Shown piece by piece: positions 53,103-63,478 of a DNA stretch of 64,000 bases. The translations under genes and the position numbers were made by a program. The notes under the pieces were generated by a model. That model was not told where the DNA came from. It saw nothing but the letters and a program-made list of their open reading frames with translations, and made no database searches. Source of the DNA: Candidatus Latescibacterota bacterium (lineage in GTDB: Bacteria; Krumholzibacteriota; Krumholzibacteriia; WVZY01); contig CAWBQK010000009.1 of the NCBI GenBank assembly GCA_963791045.1, forward strand, positions 224,001 through 288,000. Reading direction: 5' to 3'. Numbering within the stretch: the stretch's first letter is position 1; the number at the start of each line of letters is the position of its first letter.

Positions 53103-54182
53103 TCAATAGTCGGCAAAATATTCCTGAATTTGTTTGGGGGAGCTGGTTTTTGTTAGTGCCAGCCGAAGCAGAATGCGAGCCTTTTGAGGACTTAGATCGT
53201 ACGATGCGACAAAGCCCAATTTGTCGTCGTCGAGTTCAACATTGCGACCGACATAGCCGGTAGGAACACGCGAGGCGCGTACAACGACAACTCCCTTTTC
53301 CACCGCCTTCGAAAGGGCCTCAACGGCGGCATCAGTCATGTTTCCATTTCCCACACCCGAAGTGACGATTCCCATCGCGCCCAGTTTGACCACCGCGTCA
53401 ATAACATCGCCGGGAACATCTTCATAAATAGCGATGATGTCAACACGTGGAAGTTCAACGATATCCTTTACCGAAAACTCGCTTTCGCGCGTATGCCGCC
53501 CGGTGGGCCTTCGGAAAAAGGCCACATCACCGTAAGTTACCGTCCCGACCAGGCCAAAAGTGGGAGAGATAAATGATTGAACGTCGGACGTGTTTGACTT
53601 CGTGACCGCGCGTGCCGAGTGAATATCATCATTGATCGCGACGAGCACACCACGCCCCACGGCATCGGGATTCCCCGCGACAGCCACGGCATTATAAATG
53701 TTGAGCGGTCCGTCGGCGCTGAGCGCCGTCGAGGGGCGAAGCGATCCCGTCAAGACGACGGGTTTCTCTGATTTCACCACGAGGTTGAGAAAGTACGCCG
53801 TCTCCTCCATCGTGTCGGTACCGTGGGTTATGACGACGCCATCCACATCTTCCGATCCAAGCAAGTCATTTATTCGGCGTGCGAGCTCGATCCAAATGGC
53901 ATCGCTCATGTTCTGGCTGCCGACGTTGGAAACCTGCTCGCCGGAAACTCTGGCGATCTTTTTCAGTTCGGGCACGGCGTCGAGAAGAACGTCCACGCTC
54001 AACTGGCCGGAATCGTAATTCGGCTGCGTCCCGGTCTCAGCCGATCCCGCGATGGTGCCGCCGGTCGCCAGAATGACGACGCGGGGAAGATTCTCTTTTT
54101 TGGCAGACACGTCCCCAGTTAAACAGAAAGCAAGTACAACCGCCAGCAATATCCAGAAATTGAGAACTGATCGGGCGAACAT
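53103..54182 (-). CDS. ansB: L-asparaginase type II (periplasmic)
   Basis: Signal peptide, ILATGGTIAG, VITHGTDTMEETAYFL, SADGPLN, GVGNGN. Confidence 0.92.
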   Translation of the reverse strand: MFARSVLNFWILLAVVLAFCLTGDVSAKKENLPRVVILATGGTIAGSAETGTQPNYDSGQLSVDVLLDAVPELKKIARVSGEQVSNVGSQNMSDAIWIELARRINDLLGSEDVDGVVITHGTDTMEETAYFLNLVVKSEKPVVLTGSLRPSTALSADGPLNIYNAVAVAGNPDAVGRGVLVAINDDIHSARAVTKSNTSDVQSFISPTFGLVGTVTYGDVAFFRRPTGRHTRESEFSVKDIVELPRVDIIAIYEDVPGDVIDAVVKLGAMGIVTSGVGNGNMTDAAVEALSKAVEKGVVVVRASRVPTGYVGRNVELDDDKLGFVASYDLSPQKARILLRLALTKTSSPKQIQEYFADY

Positions 54183-54298
54183 GGCAACCTCACAGGATAG
54201 AGGAATTGTCTGGTCCGGTTCGAATCATTACATCTCGCGGAACTGTTTGTAAATGCTGTATTGATCGGACGGCGGGACGGGAGCATGTCCTGTCCGGC

Positions 54299-54327
54299 TT
54301 GACAAACCGACCCCGGCAGTCTTTAAT
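54299..54327 (+). promoter_or_regulatory. Putative sigma70 promoter
   Basis: TTGACA-N17-TTTAAT upstream of 54390. Confidence 0.6.
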
Positions 54328-54389
54328 TTGATGATACAAATCAAATCAACGCACCACCCAGATCCCACTTCGAGCAGCGAGGAAAACCC

Positions 54390-56207
54390 ATGAACAGACG
54401 ATGGTTATTAACAGCTATCATTGTGTTGTGCGGAATCGGGCTTGTGGCGGTCTGGGCTGGGGAGCTCACCGCCGCCACTCCCCCGAGCGACGCCGATCCG
54501 TTTCCGCGCACGCTCGAAAGCTATCATGATGACGACATGGGGAACATCGGCTCCATTCTCAAAAACCGTGTGACGCAAGAGCCCTTCAATCTGGTCGCCA
54601 CGCTGATTTTTGTTTTCGCGATCATCCATACATTCCTGACCGCCAGGTTTATGACCATCTCCCACAAGTGGGAACACAAACACCGGCAAAAGATCGACAA
54701 CGGCGAAGTCCCCCGCGATTCGGTACATCATGGCGCCGAGTTGTTTCATTTCCTTGGTGAGGTTGAGGCTGTTTTCGGCATCTGGGCCGTCGCCCTGATC
54801 GTCGCCATCGTTGGATTCTATGACTGGCACACCGTCGTGGACTACATCGGCCACACAGTCAACTTCACCGAACCGGCATTTGTCGTCGTCATCATGACAC
54901 TCGCAGCCACGCGGCCGATTCTCAGGCTCTCCGAGAACATGATAAATAGCATCGCGAAAGCGCTCGGGGGGAGTCTCACCGCCCGCTGGCTTACTACCCT
55001 AACCATCGGCCCCATTCTCGGATCGTTTATCACCGAGCCCGCCGCGATGACAATCACGGCCCTGGTCCTGGCCAGGACATTTTTCGAGCTCGAGCCCAGC
55101 AACAAGTTCAAATACGCCACGCTGGGGCTGCTGTTCGTGAACATCTCCGTGGGGGGAACCCTCACGCACTTCGCCGCCCCACCGGTGCTCATGGTCGCCA
55201 GCCCGTGGGACTGGGGTATGGGGCATATGATGCTCAATTTCGGCTGGAAAGCCATTATCGGGATTCTGCTTTCAAACACGCTTTACTTCCTCGTGTTCCG
55301 CAGAGAGATGGCCGGACTCGAAGAGAAGTCAGCGCTGGTCAATCTCAAGGATGAGATCCAGAGAACCTACCTCAAGCGGCGCGACGTTGATGCACGTTTT
55401 GAGGAACTCGCCAAACAGGCGAACAAGGACGAAGGTGTGTTCGAGGCGTTTAACGCACAGATCGACAAAATGTCGAATGACATCCGTTCGCGTCTCGAAG
55501 AGCACTTCGTCCCCGAACTTCTCGAACAAGGGATCGAAAAGGATCTCGTCAGCAAGGCCTTCGCGAAGAGATTCGAGGAGATCAAGCTGCGCGAGATGCG
55601 GCGGCTCTTTCCGGGATTGTTGCCCGCCGAAAGGCGCGGGGAGTTCTTCGACCCCGACTGGGATAAACGCGACGACCCCGTGCCCGTCTGGGTGACACTC
55701 ATCCACGTCTTTTTTATGGCGTGGACAATTGTGAACGCCCATTATCCGCCGCTCTTTGTTGTTGGCATGCTGTTCTTCCTCGGGTTCGCCCAGGTGACGC
55801 GTCCGTACCAGAACCGCGTCGATCTCAAACCGGCGATGCTCGTCGGTTTCTTCCTCGCCGGACTGGTGATTCACGGTGGAGTCCAGGCATGGTGGATCGC
55901 GCCGATCCTGGGGAGTCTTGCCGAGGTCCCGCTCATGATCGGGGCGACTGTGCTGACCGCCTTCAACGACAACGCGGCGATCACTTTTCTCGCGACGCTC
56001 GTTCCCAATCTCACCGACAGTCTTAAGTATGCGGTGGTGGCGGGCGCTGTGGCCGGCGGCGGTTTGACCATCATCGCCAACGCTCCCAACCCGGCGGGCG
56101 TATCGCTTCTCAAAAAGTACTTCAACAACGAGGTTTCCCCCGGGGGAATCCTGGCCGGCGCACTGGTGCCGACAGTTATTGTGTTTCTGATGTACCTGTT
56201 GTTGTAG
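54390..56207 (+). CDS. Putative Na+/H+ antiporter (DUF1504-like)
   Basis: HFLGEVEAVFG, GSFITEPAAMT, NISVGGTLTHFAAPPVLMV, DNAAITF, GGGLTIIANAPNPAG. Confidence 0.82.
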   Translation: MNRRWLLTAIIVLCGIGLVAVWAGELTAATPPSDADPFPRTLESYHDDDMGNIGSILKNRVTQEPFNLVATLIFVFAIIHTFLTARFMTISHKWEHKHRQKIDNGEVPRDSVHHGAELFHFLGEVEAVFGIWAVALIVAIVGFYDWHTVVDYIGHTVNFTEPAFVVVIMTLAATRPILRLSENMINSIAKALGGSLTARWLTTLTIGPILGSFITEPAAMTITALVLARTFFELEPSNKFKYATLGLLFVNISVGGTLTHFAAPPVLMVASPWDWGMGHMMLNFGWKAIIGILLSNTLYFLVFRREMAGLEEKSALVNLKDEIQRTYLKRRDVDARFEELAKQANKDEGVFEAFNAQIDKMSNDIRSRLEEHFVPELLEQGIEKDLVSKAFAKRFEEIKLREMRRLFPGLLPAERRGEFFDPDWDKRDDPVPVWVTLIHVFFMAWTIVNAHYPPLFVVGMLFFLGFAQVTRPYQNRVDLKPAMLVGFFLAGLVIHGGVQAWWIAPILGSLAEVPLMIGATVLTAFNDNAAITFLATLVPNLTDSLKYAVVAGAVAGGGLTIIANAPNPAGVSLLKKYFNNEVSPGGILAGALVPTVIVFLMYLLL

Positions 56208-56262
56208 GCAATCGAACATCGGAAACGGGAACGAGTCGACGACAGCGCGACTACCTGCAAAG

Positions 56263-56309
56263 AAGCCCGGCCCGAGGAGTGTTCATCCTCACGATGGCCG
56301 GGCTTTTTT
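56263..56309 (+). terminator. Intrinsic terminator
   Basis: AAGCCCGGCC...GGCCGGGCTT followed by a T run. Confidence 0.65.
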
Positions 56310-56335
56310 ACACATGATTTCAAACAAGCCACAGA

Positions 56336-58099
56336 TTACTTCAAAAACACGACCTTTCTCGTCTGGATGCCACCGCCCGATTCGAGACGCACGAAGTAAA
56401 CACCACTGCTCACCTCCGCGCCCCCGTCATCCCGGCCGTTCCATGTAGCCGTAGTGCGGACCCGCCGTCTCGTCCGCGTCAACCAGGGCCTTGATCATAC
56501 GGCCCGCCGCGTCATAAACACGAAGGTTCACGCGCCCCGCTTCCGGCAAAGTATATGCGATGGTCGTCTGTGGATTGAACGGGTTGGGATAATTCGGGTG
56601 CAGCGAGAGCGAACTGCTCGCCGGCCCGTCCTTTATTCCCGATGCTTCGCAGTTAACCAGCGTAAACGTGCCGCCGGGACACTCGCTGCAGTCGACACCA
56701 AAGGTTCCCGTCATCATCACGTCGCTGATGAGTGTCGCATCGCGGATATTGATTTCATTCCACGGCGCGGCCTCACCCGTAACGATGTGTCCCGCGAGAT
56801 AAGGAGGCTCAAAGAGAATCCGCCCCGTCACCGGTGGCGCGAGCCCCGTGCTGCTCGTAATGACGCCCATGTCATCTATGTTAAGGGTCACGTTGTACGT
56901 CGTCGCCATTTCCGCATGAACGAACGAGCCTTCCCAGCACCCACTGGTGTACACAGGAGCCATTACCTTGTGGGTTGCCCACGGCCCCAGAGCACCCAAG
57001 GAGAGCTGCGCCAGGGTATCTGCGTCGAAATACCCCGTGAACGGCGCATAGCCGTCGCTCCAGAGAAACCCGGTGATGTCACAGTTGGTATCAATCGAAT
57101 ACTCACCCGCCGAATCGGGGACGCCGAACGAGCCCAGCTCGTCGATCGTTCCCTGCCCATCGAAGTTCATATACACCGAATAGTCGTAAGCCTCCACGCC
57201 GGTAATCCGGATGATCCACGGGCCGTCGAGCGCGGACTCGTCGCACTCGCGCGTTTCCGGTCCAAGCGACAAACCGTAGCATGACCGATGCCCCCGGCGA
57301 TGAGATCGACAACGCCGGTGCCGTCGAGATTGCAACGCTTGATCTTTGCGTACGAGTCGCCCGTATCCGAAAAATAAATGTATCCGGCGCTCACGTCGAG
57401 ATCGATCCCGACGGCGAGATCAAGCCCCGTGGCCACGAGATCCTGTACACTCGTCCCATCGAGATTGGCGCGCTGGACTTTGTGCGTACCGAGGTCGGTC
57501 CAGTACATTTTACCGCCGGCGAGGTCGAGCGCGATCTCCATCGGCGCGGACAAACCCGCTGTCACGAGAGTTTCAACATTCGATCCGTCCAGATCGGCCC
57601 GTTGGATCGTTCCCGTTAGAGCCCCCATCGTCCAGTACATCTTGCCGCCGGCAAGATCGAGGGCGATTCCGTTTGGATGGTTGAGTCCCGTGGTCACAAG
57701 ATCCTCAAGGGAGAAGCCCGTCAACGTGCACCGCCGGATCTTGTTCGTCGCAAATTCGGTCCAGTAAAGTTTGTTGCCGGGGACGTCGAGCGCGACACCG
57801 TACGGCCCACCCAACCCATTGGCCAACGTGAAGACGTCGGTCCCGTCGAGCCTGGCCCGCTTGATGTCCGACGTTCCCCAATCGGCCCAGTACATATAGC
57901 CCCCCGCCCGGTCGATCGCGACGCTCCCAACAGCATCAAGCCCCGTGGTCACGAGTTCCTCGATACTCGAACCCGTCAACGTGCAGCGTCTGATCTTGTT
58001 GTGTCCAACATCGCCAAAGTAGATCTTCTCCGCCGCCGACGCGCAAACCGCAAGCACGAGTACGGCGGCCAGGATCCAAAGAACCAGCTGCTTCCTCAT
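56336..58099 (-). CDS. Secreted YWTD (LDL-receptor class B) beta-propeller protein with C-terminal FlgD/T9SS-like domain; frameshifted
   Basis: Repeats of IALD..GGKMYWTD..KI.RA.LDG; HPNYPNPFNPQTTI; ends RKVVFLK*. Confidence 0.8.
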
Positions 58100-58269
58100 T
58101 TTGATGCCCCCCTGTCAAGAATTCATAGCAGTAACCCTGTCCTCCCAGAATCCGCATACGGACGGGGCAATTATACCACAAATAGTGTTTAACTAACACG
58201 GTTGATAAGGGATATGGGGGCTCTGCGGGGCGGGCAATCTTCTAATGAAATCAAATTCGCGCGCGGAGA

Positions 58270-58713
58270 TCAGAACTTCATTCTGACCTGGAGACCCGCT
58301 TTGGCCGAGTCGTCGGAACCGAAGGGGTTGACCAGCGGGGCGACAGTGAGATCCTGCCCGGCGGGGCTGGAGAAGCGAATCGACATGAGCCCGGTCGCCG
58401 CCGATGCGAGCCCGGAAAAACCGAGCATGATCGAGAAATCGTGGGTCTGGTCCGTGTCCGCAACCATCAGCGCAACAGCCGAAATCGCCATCGTCGTCGA
58501 CCCGAGAACAACGCCAAACATCCCGCTTCGTCTGTTTGTGGTGCCGGCGGCCAGAGACCATGTGTTGGCGAAGGCGACACCACTGTTCACAGCCAGAGCG
58601 CCGGCGCCCAGCCAGGAGACATTGTTGGCCGGTTCCCCGGTGAATTCGTCGGCGGCTGCACCCACAGGGATAAGTGCAATGATGACAATTAATAATATCG
58701 TTCGAGTGGCCAT
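58270..58713 (-). CDS. Hypothetical membrane protein
   Basis: Signal peptide, three hydrophobic segments, terminal amphipathic strand AGLQVRMKF. Confidence 0.6.
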   Translation of the reverse strand: MATRTILLIVIIALIPVGAAADEFTGEPANNVSWLGAGALAVNSGVAFANTWSLAAGTTNRRSGMFGVVLGSTTMAISAVALMVADTDQTHDFSIMLGFSGLASAATGLMSIRFSSPAGQDLTVAPLVNPFGSDDSAKAGLQVRMKF

Positions 58714-58826
58714 ATTGATGTATTGAGCTCCCGAAGATGGAATTCGGTCCATTTTTCCATGCGACCCCTTAAAGAAAAGCCCGTGGCGGTGCCGAGTCAA
58801 GCGATTTTGCGGGCTGAGAACCCGGC

Positions 58827-58869
58827 AAAAAAAGCGAAGAGAAGGGTCGTGAACACCCTCTCTTCGCTT
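58827..58869 (-). terminator. Intrinsic terminator after the S9 peptidase
   Basis: A7 followed by GCGAAGAGA...TCTCTTCGC. Confidence 0.7.
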
Positions 58870-58896
58870 AAGTTACACTGTTTTGCCCGAATTCGG

Positions 58897-61637
58897 CTAT
58901 TTGACAGCCTGAAGCTCGGACGTCACGGTGCCGCCGCCCATCATAGCAGGCAGCTGCATCTCAGAACGGACCTTTTGATGGCCCTCTGCGGTGCTGACAA
59001 ATACAGTGCCGCCACCCGGCTCGCCGTCCATGTTGGCGAGCTCGACCTTGAACGCTTCGAAGGTCCCCGCTGGAACGGTTACCTCTTCGATACCGACAAC
59101 CTCGAGCGTCATGATCTTGGTCGACTGGGTCAAGATATCGAATGTCCTGAATGTCGTGGCATACCCCGGCGCGAGGGGAAGCGACGCCAGCACGAGATCA
59201 AGCGCCGTCTCGCTTCCGTACACGGGAGCAATGAGCTCGCTCGCCAACGGCATTTCCCTGCCGGGCATATTGATCGAACCACTGATCTCGGTCTCCGAGT
59301 AGTTGACAACCACGGTCGTGCCACCCTGTTTCACCCCACGGTACACGGGGAGAAGCGAGTTGTAATCGACATCGAACGTATCGATGGCCGCGCCCATCGG
59401 GCCGGTCTGCTCGGAGATAATCCGCCACACATCCTGGTCGCCACGCTTGGCCTTCGCGCATCCAACGGCGACGACCATCTCGACTTCCTGCCCCTCACAG
59501 CCGCGGTGCTCGCGTACTCGAGGTTCATGGGCTTCAAGTTGCTCGTGTCGACAACCGGCAGCGGAGCGGTCTTCGCCGCCTCGATATCACCCTTGGGCTC
59601 TTCGATGACGACGGTTTCGACCGGCACCCACATCGCGTCGAGCGCTTCCTGAACACTCGGTGTGACTTCCTCCTGGAAACGTCCGCCGAGGTGCTTGGAC
59701 CAGAATTTCTCCATCGCCACCTGGAAGGCGGTCCGGTTGTCGACACCGGCGAACCCGTGACCCTCATCGGCCGCCACCAGGTACTCGACATCACGATCGA
59801 GGTCGCGCAACGCGATCACGATCTGCTGTGATTCGGGCATCTTGCAGCGCGGATCATTGGCACCCTGGACGATAAGAATCGGCGCGGTGATCTTGTCCGC
59901 CGAAAACAGCGGGGACTGCCGTTTCATCCGTTCGACATCTTCCGGGTTTTCGGGATCACCGACATGCTCGTTAAAAAACTTTCTCGCCGTTTCCCAGTAA
60001 GGCGGAATCGACTGAAGCAAGGTGATCAGGTTGCACACACCAACGTAGTCGACTCCGCAGGCATAGAGATCCGGCGTATACGCAAGACCGGCGAGCGTGG
60101 CATACCCACCGTACGAGCCCCCGTAAATCGCGACCTTGTTCGGATCGGCGATGCCTTCATCGATGAGATACTTGACACCGTCGGTGATGTCGTTCTGCAT
60201 CTCTTCGCCCCACTTCTTTTTCCCGGCATTGAAGAATGCCTTGCCGTAACCGGTCGACGAGCGGAAGTTGATCTGGAAAACACCATAACCGCGATTTGCG
60301 AAGAACTGCGCCTCGGGGTTGTATCCCCAGCTGTCGCGCGCCCACGGCCCGCCGTGCGGATTGATGATCACAGGAATGTTCTTGGCCTTGATTCCCTTCG
60401 GCGTCGTCAAATAACCGTGAATGGTCAAACCGTCGCGCGAGGTGAACTTCACGGGCTTCATATTCGCCAGGTGCTCACTCGGGAGTTTCGGTCGCGGTTT
60501 GTACAGGAATTCGGTCTTCCCGTCCTTCATATCGAACAGATATGCGACGCCGGGGTTGGTGTCGCTCGTCACCGCGATAGTGTGGTAGCGGTCATCATTG
60601 GTCGACGACGTGATATAGATATCGCCGTCTCCAACTTCTTTTTTAAGATCTTTCTTGAGCTTTTTGTAGGCTTTTTCAAATTCTTTGTTTTTCCAATAGA
60701 TTCGGACTCTCGAGCCCTCATAAGTCGTTGCGATGAGTTCATCGGTCGCCCTGGAGAACAATGCGCCTCCAAAATCGACTTCTTTTTCAGGGTCCGTTTC
60801 AATGAGTTCGGTTTTCCCCGTTTTGGGGTCGAAGAAAACAAGCTGAGACAAGTCGTTCTCGGCGCCTTTGTTGGTCACCATATAAGCGCGTTTGCCGTCC
60901 TCGTGATATCGGACGATGTAGGCCTGTTCTTCGTTGGTAACCGTGTACACGGACACAAGGTCTTTGCCCTCGACGCGGAAGAACTCTGTCCCGCCGTCTT
61001 CGGTCTCGCGCGTGGCCATCCGCAGCTTACCCTCACGGTCGAACTCAAAGCCACTCATCGCTTCGGTGTTCTCCCATACGAGTTCGCGTTCGCCGGTCGA
61101 GATCGTTACACGGTAGACATCGTGGTAGCGTTCGTCCCGGTCGTTGAGACCAAGATAAAGAATGTCCGGTTCGCTTTTCGGGAACGAGTAGAACGTCACC
61201 CTGATGCCATCTACCGGCGTCAGGTCGCGCGCTGCTGGAACGTCCATGCCCTCTTCTGGTTTTTCGGTGGGATCGATGACATAGGCGTGGAAGTTTTCGT
61301 TCCCGCCTTTGTCCTGAATGTACATCAGGTATTTGCCGTCGCGCGTCCAGAAATAACGAAAGACGGGGCGCGTCGTATCCGCACTCATCGGCCGGGCCAT
61401 TTCGAACGCTTCATCGACACCTTTGACCCAGATATTGAGATGGCCTTTATATGTTTTCAGGAACGAAATGTGTTTTCCGTCCGGTGAAATTCGCCCGGCG
61501 GCGATTTCCGGATCGCCAAAGAACACATCGCGATCAATAAGCGGCGGCAGCTTATCGAGATAATCGAGTTTCTCGGCCGCCCCGGCAATGCCGCTAACGA
61601 GCATCACCGCGACCAGCAACAACAGAAATCTCCTCAT
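58897..61637 (-). CDS. S9 family (prolyl oligopeptidase/acylaminoacyl) peptidase with C-terminal beta-rich extension; frameshift near 59480
   Basis: Signal peptide, HGGPWARD, GGSYGGY, QGANDPR, DEGHGF. Confidence 0.9.
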
Positions 61638-61705
61638 CTAACTTCCTCCCTTTCGGTACAGACAAAATGTTGAGGGATTAAACACCTAAGAAGGCTTCTA
61701 TTCTA

Positions 61706-61731
61706 TACGGTTCCGTGCGAAAATCGTTACG
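61706..61731 (-). promoter_or_regulatory. Putative ECF promoter CGTAAC-N16-CGTA
   Basis: Minus strand CGTAAC gattttcgcacggaac CGTATA upstream of the S9 peptidase. Confidence 0.45.
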
Positions 61732-61932
61732 AAAAAATGGGGTGGCCCCATAACCCATATAATTATAATGAGTTGCGTGGCAACAAAAAATAAGGCTCGT
61801 CAAAGAATCGCTCTTCGGCGCGCCATCTTTGCCACCTTGTCACCGGGCTTTTTTTGATATAGTCTCAGGCCACCCAGCAGTCGTCTTACCATTTTTGTCT
61901 GTGCTCCAACATCATATACCGGCCGGGTTCCT

Positions 61933-62598
61933 ATGAAAGACGCGTACTTTTTGGACAGTTCGATTCAAGAGAAATCCAGTAAAATGCTAGGACGAGTGAG
62001 CCCGTTGCGAAAAGACCGTGGGGGCGGGTTTGACGCCACGCGGTCGGCGCTCCTTGTGCTCGATATGCAGGACTATTTCCTCGAGCCAACATCGCACGCT
62101 TTTGTGCCCAGCGCCCCCGCGATCATTCCCGGCATTCGCAATCTCATTGACGCCTTTTCCGGCCGCGGCCGCCCTGTGATTTTCACACGGCACGTAAACA
62201 CCGGCGCGGATGCGGGCACGATGGCGACATGGTGGGGCGAGTTGATTCGAGACGAGGATCCGAGAAGCGCCATTACCGCCGACCTGGATCTGTCACATGG
62301 CAAGTTGATAAACAAAACCCAATATGACGCGTTCTACGACACCGGGCTTGAAAAAGAACTAAACGAAAGCACCAGCGACCAGGTGGTAATTTGCGGCGTA
62401 ATGACCCATCTCTGTTGCGAGACAACAGCGCGGTCGGCTTTCGTGCGGGGGTTCAACGTCTTTTTTACTATCGACGGAACGGCTACCTATAATGAGGAAT
62501 TCCACATGGGGACACTTCTCAATCTGGCGCATGGCGCGGCGGTTCCCATGCTGGTCGAGGAACTGGTTTTGAAGTTAACCAACGATAATGACAACTGA
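61933..62598 (+). CDS. Isochorismatase-family cysteine hydrolase
   Basis: ALLVLDMQ, KTQYDAF, GVMTHLCCETTAR. Confidence 0.88.
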   Translation: MKDAYFLDSSIQEKSSKMLGRVSPLRKDRGGGFDATRSALLVLDMQDYFLEPTSHAFVPSAPAIIPGIRNLIDAFSGRGRPVIFTRHVNTGADAGTMATWWGELIRDEDPRSAITADLDLSHGKLINKTQYDAFYDTGLEKELNESTSDQVVICGVMTHLCCETTARSAFVRGFNVFFTIDGTATYNEEFHMGTLLNLAHGAAVPMLVEELVLKLTNDNDN

Positions 62599-63478
62599 GA
62601 AAGTCGCAATAATAGGGGCGGGGCCGGCGGGACTTTCCGCCGCGCTCCAACTCAAACGCCACGGGATCGATGCGCTCGTTCTTGAACGGGACTCGATCGG
62701 CGGAGTGCTTCGAAACGCAAACCGGGTCGAAAACTATCCGGGGTTTCCCGATGGAATCACCGGCCCGGCTCTGGTTCGCCTCTTCACAGAGCAGGCCGCC
62801 CGCGCGGGTGTCGTTGTAACCCATGACGAGGTTCGGACGCTCGACTTCAATGATGGCGTGTTTGTCATCGGCGGCCGGGATGAAAAGTACCGTTCGCGGG
62901 TGGTTGTTATTGCGTCTGGAACCCGGCCCAGGACATTCACCGGGCTCGATATTCCCGAAGAGGCCCGGGACAAGGTGTTGTACGAGGTCTACCCTCTCCT
63001 CGGTGAGTCCGGCAAAACAATCGCGATAGTCGGCGCGGGCGATGCCGCATTTGACTACGCGCTCAACCTTGCCCGTCGGAACTCCGTTGTCATTCTGAAC
63101 CGCGGTAGTGAGCTCAAGTGCCTTCCGCTTCTCCGGGACCGGGTCAGCGCCACCCCCGGAATCGAGTATATTGAAGGTATTTCGATTACAGCCATCGCGT
63201 GGAATGACTCGAACGGACTTCGGCTTGAATGCGTTGGTCCCGCGGCCCGGACCAACATCGACGCCGATTACCTTATCGGGGCCATCGGCAGGGCCCCCAA
63301 CCTTGACTTTGTGTCAAAAAATGTTCACGACAGGATTGCGCAGTTGGGGGAGAAAGCATTACTCTACTTTGCCGGCGACATCCGGCATGGACGGCTCAGG
63401 CAAACGGCGATCGCCGTCGGGGACGGAATCCTGACGGCAATGACAATCCATCACGGGCGAGAGGAAGCTTCACGTTGA
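62588..63478 (+). CDS. NAD(P)/FAD-dependent oxidoreductase (thioredoxin-reductase-like, no CxxC)
   Basis: IIGAGPAGLSAA, VENYPGFP, IASG, VGAGDAAFD, AGD...QTAIAVGDG. Confidence 0.85.
   Translation: MTTEKVAIIGAGPAGLSAALQLKRHGIDALVLERDSIGGVLRNANRVENYPGFPDGITGPALVRLFTEQAARAGVVVTHDEVRTLDFNDGVFVIGGRDEKYRSRVVVIASGTRPRTFTGLDIPEEARDKVLYEVYPLLGESGKTIAIVGAGDAAFDYALNLARRNSVVILNRGSELKCLPLLRDRVSATPGIEYIEGISITAIAWNDSNGLRLECVGPAARTNIDADYLIGAIGRAPNLDFVSKNVHDRIAQLGEKALLYFAGDIRHGRLRQTAIAVGDGILTAMTIHHGREEASR

Noticed and set aside
59964-61487. Long antisense ORFs (here and at 36307-37347, 27054-28061, 34581-35606)
   Set aside because: They are shadows of high-GC codon bias opposite well-supported genes and have no recognisable motifs.
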